Source: Propionibacterium ruminifibrarum
GTDB lineage: Bacteria > Actinomycetota > Actinomycetes > Propionibacteriales > Propionibacteriaceae
NCBI RefSeq assembly: GCF_900289195.1
Contig: NZ_OMOH01000005.1
Span: 60,001 to 92,000 of the forward strand
Direction: 5' to 3'
Length of the DNA: 32,000 nt
Position numbers and translations under genes: made by a program. Below, in pieces: positions 15,962 through 23,602 of the stretch. Under the pieces are notes generated by a model. That model had not been told where the DNA came from. It did not search any database and saw only the letters and a program-made list of their open reading frames with translations. Numbering within the stretch: position 1 is the first letter of the stretch; the number at the start of each line of letters is the position of its first letter.

Positions 15962-17077
15962 TCACCGGCGGGCGCGTGCCCTGCTCCTGGCGCGCCGCAC
16001 GAGGACGGCGACGACAGCGGCCAGCACCACGAGCGGTACGGCCACGGTGATGGCCAGCCCCAGCCACTCACCGGGGGTGTGGTCCCAGTACGTGATGACC
16101 CGCTGGTAGGGCTCGTCGAAGGACGCCTGGGTGAAGGCGAAGTCGTCGCTGATCCGGCTCGGCGCGAGCCTGCCGTCGTAGGTCGTCAGCCAGACCTGGT
16201 CGGAGCCGTCGAACCCAGTGGTCATCCCGGCGTCCCCGGCAGGCACGGCGCCCGAGAAGAGCAGGTCGAGTGGCTGGTCGGGGGCGGCCTGGCGGCTGAT
16301 GTCGAGCCGGTGCGCCGACACGACGTACAGGCGGACATTCTGCGCCGACTCCGCCATGGAGCTGAGGCGGATCGGGTAGACCGGGGTGTCGGTGTCGAAG
16401 CTGAGGTTCATCGGCGGCAGATCGCCGTGCAGGGTCTCGTCGGACACCTCGGGGGCCAGTTTGACGGCGAGGATGCGCCAGCCCTGGTCCAGGTACTCCT
16501 GGAACGGTTCGACGAGCTCGGAGCGGTCCGGGTAGCCGTTGTCGACGAGCCAGTCGGTGAGCGCGCCCGCGTCGTCACTGGCCAGCGTCACCACCTCGAA
16601 GGGGCCGACGGTGCTCGTGTCCTCGACCTCGACCGAGGGGACGGCGCCCTCCTCGTTGGTCCGGCTCCCGCCCGGGGCGAACCACGGGAAACGGGGCGTC
16701 CAGTCCTTCTTGTGCTCGACTCGCGGCATGGAGTCCTCCTGAAGCGCCGCGAGGGTGTCCATCGAACCCAGCCCGATGGTCGTGCCGGCCGGCGCCGGCA
16801 TGATCCAGGCGACGTCCTGCGCGCTGGACGTCATCGTCATGACCATGGTGATGGTCTCGCGGGAACCGTCCCAGCTCAGCACGCTCGTCTCCCCGCCGAT
16901 CGACGAGTCCGAGCCGGGGTCGGCGACGACGGCCCCGCAGGCGCAGGCCACGGCGGGTCTGGGTGCGAACCAGAGCGCCCCGGACAGCAGCAGCACGAGG
17001 ACGGCGTGCAGCCAGAGCCGGGCCGGACCGTGTGCGGCGCCGACGGGACGAGGGCGAGGGTGTGTCGCGGTGGTCAT
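15962..17077 (-). CDS. DUF2330-type secreted, C-terminally membrane-anchored protein
   Basis: I prefer the ATG at 17077 (CAT at 17075-17077), giving MTTATHPRPRPVGAAHGPARLWLHAVLVLLLSGALWFAPRPAVACACGAVV (signal-like segment followed by a Cys-x-Cys-Gly motif). Further features are VAWIMPAP, FEVVTLASDDAGALTDWLVDNGY, PVYPIRLS, RLYVVSAHR and a C-terminal TM plus basic tail LGLAITVAVPLVVLAAVVAVLVRRARSRARARR. The layout matches my recollection of PF10092 members. Confidence 0.7.
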   Translation of the reverse strand: MTTATHPRPRPVGAAHGPARLWLHAVLVLLLSGALWFAPRPAVACACGAVVADPGSDSSIGGETSVLSWDGSRETITMVMTMTSSAQDVAWIMPAPAGTTIGLGSMDTLAALQEDSMPRVEHKKDWTPRFPWFAPGGSRTNEEGAVPSVEVEDTSTVGPFEVVTLASDDAGALTDWLVDNGYPDRSELVEPFQEYLDQGWRILAVKLAPEVSDETLHGDLPPMNLSFDTDTPVYPIRLSSMAESAQNVRLYVVSAHRLDISRQAAPDQPLDLLFSGAVPAGDAGMTTGFDGSDQVWLTTYDGRLAPSRISDDFAFTQASFDEPYQRVITYWDHTPGEWLGLAITVAVPLVVLAAVVAVLVRRARSRARARR

Positions 17078-17182
17078 GGCCACCACGCTAGCCTGCGATG
17101 CCGTCTCGTGCCCCGGAGACCGGGAGACCGGCCGTGGACCCCGGACCATGCTCCGCGGGTTGGGCGCCGGCCGGTGCAGGGC

Positions 17183-17827
17183 TCAGGCGTCGTCGGGGCG
17201 GCTGATGAGCTTGGGGGCGTGCTCCATGCTCGTCAGGCCGTTCCAGGCCAGGTTCACCAGCTCCGCGGCGACCCGGTCCTTGTCCGGTTCACGGCGGTCG
17301 ACCCACGCCAGTCCGGCCGAGCCGACCATGCCCACCAGGCCGTGCGCGTAGACCCCCGCCAGCGCCGGGTCGTAGCCGCGGCGGATGAGCGGCGGGCGCA
17401 GCAGGTCCTCGACCTTGTCGGCGATGTGGTCGAGGATGAGGGCGAACGAGCCGCTCGAGGAACCGACCGGGGAGTCGCGGGAGATGATGCGGAAGCCCTC
17501 GGGACGTTCGTCGATGTAGCTGAGCAGGGCGATGGTGCCGCGTTCGATGACCTCGCGGTAACTGGTCGACGGCTTGGCGATGGCCGTCATGATCGCGTCG
17601 TCCAGGGTGCGCAGTTCACGGTCGGTGACGACCGCGTACAGGCTCTCCTTCGAACCGAAGTGCTCGTAGACGACCGGCTTGGAGACCCCGGCGTGCGAGG
17701 CGATCTCCTCGACGCTGGTGCCGTCGAAGCCGCGCTCGGCGAAGAGGGCGCGCGCCACCTGCAGCAGCTGCTCGTGCCGCTCGCTGCTGCTCATCCTGGT
17801 GCGCTTGCGGTTCTCGGCCTGGCTCAT
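17183..17827 (-). CDS. TetR/AcrR-family transcriptional regulator
   Basis: The N-terminal HTH RHEQLLQVARALFAERGFDGTSVEEIASHAGVSKPVVYEHFGSKESLY is the classic TetR_N signature. A TetR gene sits at the equivalent position in M. tuberculosis (Rv1019). Confidence 0.9.
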   Translation of the reverse strand: MSQAENRKRTRMSSSERHEQLLQVARALFAERGFDGTSVEEIASHAGVSKPVVYEHFGSKESLYAVVTDRELRTLDDAIMTAIAKPSTSYREVIERGTIALLSYIDERPEGFRIISRDSPVGSSSGSFALILDHIADKVEDLLRPPLIRRGYDPALAGVYAHGLVGMVGSAGLAWVDRREPDKDRVAAELVNLAWNGLTSMEHAPKLISRPDDA

Positions 17828-17862
17828 GGGGTGAGTTTACGGGGACGTCCGTCCGGGGCCGG

Positions 17863-18909
17863 TCACCTCGAGGCGAGCCAGGGCGCGGGGCGGAGGTCCT
17901 CGAGCACGCGGTCGGCGACGCCGAGGGCGATCGAGAAGATCGCCATGCGGACGAGCAGGCCGTTGTCCGTCTGGTGGAAGATCGCCAGGCCCGGCCACTC
18001 GTCGACGTCGGGCGACAGGTCGAAGGAGTTGTGGCGCGAGTCGCGGGGCAGCGGATGCATGATGATCGCCTCGGGCCGGGCCGCCTCGTCGAGGATGGCC
18101 CGGTTGAGCAGGTCGCCCTCCAGGTGGACCTGCTGCTCGTCCTCCTCGGACAGGCGTTCCTTCTGCACGCGGGTGCAGTAGATGACGTCGGCGGGGGCGA
18201 TGGCCTCCTGGACGCCGTCGCACTCCACGATCGAGTTTCCGGAGGCGTGGACCAGGTCGAAGAACTCGGCGGGCAGGGCCAGGGCCGGCGGGCCGAAGAC
18301 GCGGAAGTTCACGTGGTCGAACAGGCCCAGGATCGCGAGCAGGGAGTGCACGGTGCGGCCGTAGCGCAGGTCGCCGAGCACGGCGATGGTCACGCCGTCG
18401 ATCGTCTTGCCGCGGGCGGCCAGTTCGGCGCGCATGGTGAAGACGTCGAGCAGTGACTGGCTGGGGTGCTCCCCGGAGCCATCACCGGCGTTGATGACCG
18501 GCACGACGGAGGCCTGGGCGAACTCCGACACCGAGCCGGTGTCCGGGTGGCGCACGACGAGGGCGTCCGAGTAGCCCGACACGACCCGGGCCGTGTCGTG
18601 GATGGACTCTCCCTTCGCCATCGAGCTGAAGGTGAAACCGGTGGTCGAGACGACCGAGCCGCCGAGCCGGTGGAAGGCGGACTCGAAGGACAGGCGCGTG
18701 CGGGTGCTGGGCTCGAAGAAGAGGCTGCCCAGGTTCGCGCCCTCGAGGACGCGGCACACCTGCCTGCCCTGCCCGACCGGCCGCAGGGCCTCGGCGAGGT
18801 CGAGAAGGTTTCCGAGGGACTCACGGTTCAGCTGGTCGACGCTCAGCAGGTGCTGTCCGGGGCCGAAGGGGGGAAGCGAGGAACTGGTGGAAGAAATGTC
18901 CGTGCTCAC
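17863..18909 (-). CDS. pyrB: aspartate carbamoyltransferase catalytic chain, E. coli/archaeal-type
   Basis: [66 protein letters not shown] and IIMHPLPRD line up with E. coli PyrB ([72 protein letters not shown]). The start is GTG. No pyrI or other pyr gene is adjacent. Confidence 0.8.
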   Translation of the reverse strand: [348 protein letters not shown]

Positions 18910-19017
18910 GGAACGTCAGCCTAGATGATGACGGCCGGGCCGGGCAGCGCCGGTGGCGTGTTCGCTCCTCAGGTCGGCTGGTTCTAGACTTGGCAGCGGT
19001 CGCCGACCGGCGATCGT

Positions 19018-19096
19018 TCCCTGGTTGGTCTGCCGGTAGGGCCCGCCTGACTTTGAATCAGGATTAGCGACGCAGGTTCGACTCCTGCCCAGGGAG
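19018..19096 (+). tRNA. tRNA-Gln (anticodon UUG)
   Basis: The acceptor stem is TCCCTGG (19018-19024) paired with CCAGGGA (19089-19095), with discriminator G at 19096. The anticodon stem CCTGA/TCAGG carries the loop CTTTGAA (TTG at 19053-19055). The T arm is GCAGG-TTCGACT-CCTGC (19072-19088). U1:A72 plus G73 fits Gln identity. No CCA is encoded. My hand fold leaves a 9-nt variable region and an imperfect D stem, so the exact geometry needs a covariance-model check. Confidence 0.8.
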
Positions 19097-19231
19097 CGCG
19101 ATGGCGTTCCGCCCCTGGCACGTGCCGGACAGGACGCCTGGCAGCTGGTGCGGCCGCAAGGTCGTGGCAGTTCGTGCGGCCGCCCGGCCGCTCGTGAGGA
19201 ATCAAGGACCGAAGGGCTCCCAGGAGGAATC

Positions 19232-20758
19232 ATGGCCACTGACCCGCGCACCGCCCAGGCCGACCCCGGCAGCGTGTCCGCCGTCATTGTGCTCGCCGCA
19301 GGCGGCGGCACCCGCATGAAGTCGCGCACCTCCAAGCTGCTGCACCGGGTGGCCGGCCGTTCCATGCTGAGCTACGCCGTGCAGGCGGCAGGATCACTCG
19401 AACCCGACCGGCTCGTCGTCGTCGTCGGTCACGAGCGCGAGCAGGTGCAGGCCCACCTGGCCGAGGTCGCCCCCGACGTGTCCGTCGCCGTCCAGGAGCA
19501 GCAGAACGGCACCGGTGACGCCGTGAGAGCCGGCCTCTCCGTGCTGCCCGCCGACCTGCGCGGCGCCGTCGTCGTCACCTACGGCGACGTGCCGATGCTC
19601 TCGGGCGCCACGCTGGCCAGGCTGGTCGCCGCCCACGTCGCCGGCGACAACGCCGCCACCGTCCTCACCGCGGTCGTCGACGACCCGACCGGCTACGGGC
19701 GGGTCATCCGGGCCGGTGACACCGTCGAACGCATCGTCGAGCAGCGCGACGCCTCGCCCGAGGAGGCCGCGGTCCGCGAGATCAACTCGGGCATCTACGT
19801 CTTCGACGCCGCCGTCCTGCGTGCGGGCCTGGCCGGCCTCGACACCGACAACGCCCAGGGCGAGCTCTACCTGACCGATGTCATCGGTTTCGCCAACAGC
19901 AACGGCGGCCGCGTCGGCGCCTACCGGATCGACGACACCTGGCAGACCGAGGGCGTCAACGACCGTGTCCAGCTGGCCCGCATGAACGCCGAGATGAACC
20001 GGCGCATCTGCGAGCACTGGATGCGTGAGGGCGTCACCATCGCCGACCCGGCCACCACCTGGATCGAGGACGACGTCACCCTCGAACCCGACGTCACCCT
20101 GCTCCCCGGCACCCAGCTGCTCGGCGCCACGAGCGTCGCCACGGGCGCCGTCATCGGCCCCGACACGACGCTGCGCGATGTCGAGGTCGGCGAGGACGCC
20201 CACGTCATCCGCACCCACGGCGAGCTGGCGGTGATCGGCCCGAACACCGACGTCGGTCCCTGGGCCCGGCTGCGCCCGGGCACCGAACTGGGCGCCGGCG
20301 GCAAGATCGGCACCTTCGTCGAGACGAAGAACGCCCAGATCGGCGCGGGCTCCAAGGTGCCGCACCTGACCTACTGCGGCGACGCGATCCTCGGCGAGGG
20401 CGTCAACGTCGGGGCGGGCACGATCTTCGCCAACTACGACGGCTCCCACAAGTCCACGACGCACCTGGGCGACGACGTGTTCATCGGGTCGAACTCGGTG
20501 CTCGTCGCCCCGGTCGACATCGCCGACGGCGCCTTTATCGCCGCCGGCTCCGCGATCACCCAGGACGTCCCGGCCGGGGCGTTGGGCGTCGCCCGCTCGC
20601 ACCTGCACGTCTCGAACGACTGGGTCGCCAGGACCCGTCCGGGCACCAAGGCGGAACGCTCGGCCAGCGCCCACGACGGCGGGGTCCACCCGGCCGTCCA
20701 GGCCAGCCGTGATGTACTTGAGGCCGATGCCGCCCAGAAAACCGGGAACGAGCGCTGA
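19232..20758 (+). CDS. glmU: bifunctional UDP-N-acetylglucosamine diphosphorylase / glucosamine-1-phosphate N-acetyltransferase
   Basis: The RBS AGGAGG (19222-19227) precedes the ATG at 19232, which is in frame with the track ORF that begins at 19148. The gene has VIVLAAGGGTRMKSRTSKLLHRVAGRSML (nucleotidyltransferase motif) and C-terminal left-handed beta-helix hexapeptide repeats (GVNVGAGTIFANYDG..). Confidence 0.9.
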   Translation: MATDPRTAQADPGSVSAVIVLAAGGGTRMKSRTSKLLHRVAGRSMLSYAVQAAGSLEPDRLVVVVGHEREQVQAHLAEVAPDVSVAVQEQQNGTGDAVRAGLSVLPADLRGAVVVTYGDVPMLSGATLARLVAAHVAGDNAATVLTAVVDDPTGYGRVIRAGDTVERIVEQRDASPEEAAVREINSGIYVFDAAVLRAGLAGLDTDNAQGELYLTDVIGFANSNGGRVGAYRIDDTWQTEGVNDRVQLARMNAEMNRRICEHWMREGVTIADPATTWIEDDVTLEPDVTLLPGTQLLGATSVATGAVIGPDTTLRDVEVGEDAHVIRTHGELAVIGPNTDVGPWARLRPGTELGAGGKIGTFVETKNAQIGAGSKVPHLTYCGDAILGEGVNVGAGTIFANYDGSHKSTTHLGDDVFIGSNSVLVAPVDIADGAFIAAGSAITQDVPAGALGVARSHLHVSNDWVARTRPGTKAERSASAHDGGVHPAVQASRDVLEADAAQKTGNER

Positions 20759-20815
20759 GCACACCGCCGGCCCGAACCACACCAGCACGAGTCGAGAGCA
20801 AGGGGAACCACCGAG

Positions 20816-21802
20816 ATGACCGGGGTCAAGCGCAACGACGAGAAACACCTGATGCTCTTCTCAGGCCGGGCATACCCTGAACTCGCCGAGCGGGTCGCCG
20901 ACCTCATGGAGGTCGAGCTGACCCCCCAGCGCCTGATCACCTACGCCAACTCGGAGATCTACGTGCGGTTCAACGAGTCGGTGCGCGGCTGCGACGCCTT
21001 CGTCATCCAGTCGCACCCGGCCCCGGTCAACGAGGCGATCATGGAGCAGCTCATCATGGTTGACGCCCTGCGCCGTGCCTCGGCCCGGCGCATCACCGTC
21101 GTCACCCCCTGCTTCCCCTATGCCCGGCAGGACAAGAAGCACCTGGGCCGTGAACCCATCTCGGCCCGCCTCATGGCCGACCTGTTCTCGGCCGCGGGCG
21201 CGGACCGCATCATGGCCGTCGACCTGCACGCCTCCCAGATCCAGGGCTTCTTCAACGGCCCGCTCGATCACCTCACCGGCCTGCCCGTGCTGGCCGACTA
21301 CGTCCAGAAGAAGTACTCGGGTGAGGACATGGTCGTCGTCAGCCCCGACGCCGGGCGGGTGCGCCTGGCCGACCAGTGGAGCGACCGTCTGCACGTCCCG
21401 CTGGCCATCATCCACAAGCGCCACGACCCGACCCAGGCCAACCAGGTGAAGGTGCACGAGGTCGTCGGCGAGGTCGAGGGCCGCACCTGTCTGCTCGTCG
21501 ACGACATGATCGACACCGGCGGCACCATCTGCCAGGCCGCGCAGGCCCTCATCGAGCACGGCGCCGCCAAGGTGATCGCCGCAGCCACCCACCCGATCCT
21601 GTCGGGCCCCGCCCAGGAACGCCTCAACGCGACACCGTTCGAGGAGATCATCGTCACGAACACCCTGCCGCTCGCGGATGACATCCACATCCCCCGGATG
21701 ACCCAGCTGTCCATCGCCCCGCTGCTGGCCCGCGCCATCACCGAGGTCTTCACCGACGGCTCGGTGGCGAGCCTGTTCGCCGACCAGGGCGAGGAGGCCT
21801 AG
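20816..21802 (+). CDS. prs: ribose-phosphate diphosphokinase (PRPP synthetase)
   Basis: The gene has MLFSGRAYPELAERVA, FPYARQDKK, AVDLHASQIQGFF and the PRPP-binding loop CLLVDDMIDTGGT. Confidence 0.95.
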   Translation: MTGVKRNDEKHLMLFSGRAYPELAERVADLMEVELTPQRLITYANSEIYVRFNESVRGCDAFVIQSHPAPVNEAIMEQLIMVDALRRASARRITVVTPCFPYARQDKKHLGREPISARLMADLFSAAGADRIMAVDLHASQIQGFFNGPLDHLTGLPVLADYVQKKYSGEDMVVVSPDAGRVRLADQWSDRLHVPLAIIHKRHDPTQANQVKVHEVVGEVEGRTCLLVDDMIDTGGTICQAAQALIEHGAAKVIAAATHPILSGPAQERLNATPFEEIIVTNTLPLADDIHIPRMTQLSIAPLLARAITEVFTDGSVASLFADQGEEA

Positions 21803-21807
21803 GGACG

Positions 21808-22059
21808 ATGCCGGCGTGGGGGTGGGCGCTGGTCGCGGCGGCCGCCGCTCTCGCGATCGACCGGCTGCTGCTCGCCATGGAGGCGCGGGGCTGGATCTAC
21901 TACCGCACGAAAAGTGCACGCAGGGGCGCCGCAGCGGTGATGCTGCCCTTCGACGAGGTCTTCCACCCCTCGAGCCACGTCGTCATCGCCGAACGCCAGA
22001 GCAGCGAGATTCGTGCGGCACAGCAGGACTCCGGGGACGGCCCCGACCCAGCCGAGTGA
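21808..22059 (+). CDS. small membrane-anchored hypothetical protein (possibly DUF6191-like)
   Basis: This 83-aa ORF starts 5 nt after prs. It has an N-terminal hydrophobic helix WGWALVAAAAALAIDRLLLAMEARGW and an acidic tail DSGDGPDPAE. The resemblance to small actinobacterial DUF6191 proteins is from memory only. A short hairpin CCCGCC-TC-GGCGGG (22061-22074) follows the stop. Confidence 0.5.
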   Translation: MPAWGWALVAAAAALAIDRLLLAMEARGWIYYRTKSARRGAAAVMLPFDEVFHPSSHVVIAERQSSEIRAAQQDSGDGPDPAE

Positions 22060-22277
22060 ACCCGCCTCGGCGGGCATGCCTCACGTGGCTATACTGGCCC
22101 GCGTCGCTTGGCGAGGGCCCGGCAGGGCCGTGATCGACTGGCGCCGGTTCTCCCGTGCGCGGTCGCGCACGACGACATCCCTCGTTCTCGCCGGTTCAGG
22201 CCTCGCGTACCGGGCGCGGTGCCACGGTCACGCGACGCACGCCAGGCGCCCCGGCGCCACGATGAATGGAGAACGAG

Positions 22278-22889
22278 ATGGCTGAGATCATCCTCAACGC
22301 CGAAGAACGCACCGAGTTCGGCAAGGGCGCGGCCCGTCGGATCCGCCGCGCCGACAAGGTGCCCGCGGTCCTGTACGGCCACGGCAGCGAGCCGGTCCAC
22401 CTGACCCTGCCGGGGCACGAGACCCTGTTGGCCCTGCGCCAGGAGAACGCCCTGCTCACCGTGCGCCTCGCCGGCGCCGAGGACCGCCTGGCCCTGCCGA
22501 AGCAGGTGCAGCGCGACCCCATCAAGGGCTTCCTCAAGCACGTCGACCTGCTGCTCGTGAAGCGCGGCGAGAAGGTCACCGTCGAGGTCCCGATCGAGTT
22601 CGTCGGCACCCCGGCCCCCGGCGGCATCGTCAACGAGGAGCGCACGCACCTGGCCCTGCAGGCCGAGGCCACCAACATCCCCGCCCACGTCGAGGTCTCC
22701 GTCGAGGGCCTCGAGGTCGGTGCCCAGGTCACCGCCGGCGACGTCGCCCTGCCCGCCGGTGCCGAACTGGAGGACCCGGCCGACGTCCTCATCCTGTCGA
22801 TCTCGGCGCCGGCCGCCGAGGAGGAGCCCGAGGCCGCCGCCGAGGACGAGGGCGAGGCCGGTGAGGCCGCCGAGTCCGAGGGCGAGTGA
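22278..22889 (+). CDS. rplY: 50S ribosomal protein L25 / general stress protein Ctc
   Basis: MAEIILNAEERTEFGKGAARRIRRADKVPAVLYGHGSEPVHLTL is the typical L25/Ctc N-terminus, and the C-terminal tail is acidic. GGAGA (22268-22272) precedes the ATG at 22278. The track ORF starts 12 nt earlier, at 22266. Confidence 0.9.
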   Translation: MAEIILNAEERTEFGKGAARRIRRADKVPAVLYGHGSEPVHLTLPGHETLLALRQENALLTVRLAGAEDRLALPKQVQRDPIKGFLKHVDLLLVKRGEKVTVEVPIEFVGTPAPGGIVNEERTHLALQAEATNIPAHVEVSVEGLEVGAQVTAGDVALPAGAELEDPADVLILSISAPAAEEEPEAAAEDEGEAGEAAESEGE

Positions 22890-22911
22890 CCTTGAACCGC
22901 TGACGCGCCGA

Positions 22912-22940
22912 GGGGCGGGCCGCCGTGCGCGGCCCGCCCC
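22912..22940 (+). terminator. perfect 12-bp GC hairpin downstream of rplY (terminator/attenuator candidate)
   Basis: GGGGCGGGCCGC (22912-22923), loop CGTGC, GCGGCCCGCCCC (22929-22940). It begins 23 nt after the rplY stop codon. No U-tract follows, which is common for actinobacterial terminators. Confidence 0.5.
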
Positions 22941-23003
22941 GTCACGCGTTCCCGCGCCGTCGACCACTGCGTACTCGCGCACCGGACAGAACAAGGAGTC
23001 GTC

Positions 23004-23594
23004 ATGACCTGGCTCGTGGCAGGCCTGGGCAATCCCGGCCTGAGGTACGCCTGGACACGGCACAACGTCGGTTTCATGGTCGCCGACGAACTGGCCCGGC
23101 GCGCGCACGGGCGGTTCGGCGCGCCGCGCGGCATGCATGCCGACGTCCTCACGACCCGCATCGGGCCGGCCGGCGTCGGCGCCCCCGGCGGGCAACCGGT
23201 GCTCATCGTCAAACCACGCACCTTCATGAACGAGTCCGGCCGGGCCGTCGGGGCACTGGCCACCTACCACCGGGTCGACACCGACCACGTCATCGTCGTC
23301 CACGACGAACTCGACCTCGACCCGAGCCGGATGCGTCTCAAGGCGGGCGGCGGCGACAACGGGCACAACGGCCTCAAGTCGATCCGCGCCCACCTGGGCA
23401 CCGGAGACTTCATCAGGGTCCGTGTCGGCATCGGACGTCCGCCCGGACACCAGTCAGGCGCCGACTACGTGCTCGGCCGCTTCCCGAAGAACGAGCGCGA
23501 CGACCTGGCGGTGACCGTCACCGAGGCGGCCGATGCCGTCGAGACGGTCATCACCGCCGGCCTGGCCGTGGCGCAGAACCGTTTCAACAGCTGA
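23004..23594 (+). CDS. pth: peptidyl-tRNA hydrolase
   Basis: WLVAGLGNPGLRYAWTRHNVGFMVADELA, FMNESG and DNGHNGLKS are canonical Pth motifs. The RBS AAGGAG lies at 22993-22998. Confidence 0.95.
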   Translation: MTWLVAGLGNPGLRYAWTRHNVGFMVADELARRAHGRFGAPRGMHADVLTTRIGPAGVGAPGGQPVLIVKPRTFMNESGRAVGALATYHRVDTDHVIVVHDELDLDPSRMRLKAGGGDNGHNGLKSIRAHLGTGDFIRVRVGIGRPPGHQSGADYVLGRFPKNERDDLAVTVTEAADAVETVITAGLAVAQNRFNS

Positions 23595-23602
23595 GGACAC
23601 CG

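Noticed and set aside
18910-19017. PyrR-binding attenuator upstream of the pyrB-like gene
   Set aside because: The minus-strand leader has no ARUCCAGAGAGG-type PyrR binding loop. It contains only a short palindrome, TCGCCG-AC-CGGCGA (19000-19013).
22108-22404. 98-aa plus-strand ORF overlapping the rplY leader and start
   Set aside because: It is out of frame with rplY and overlaps it. The composition is Arg/Pro/Ser-rich with no motif, so it is probably spurious.
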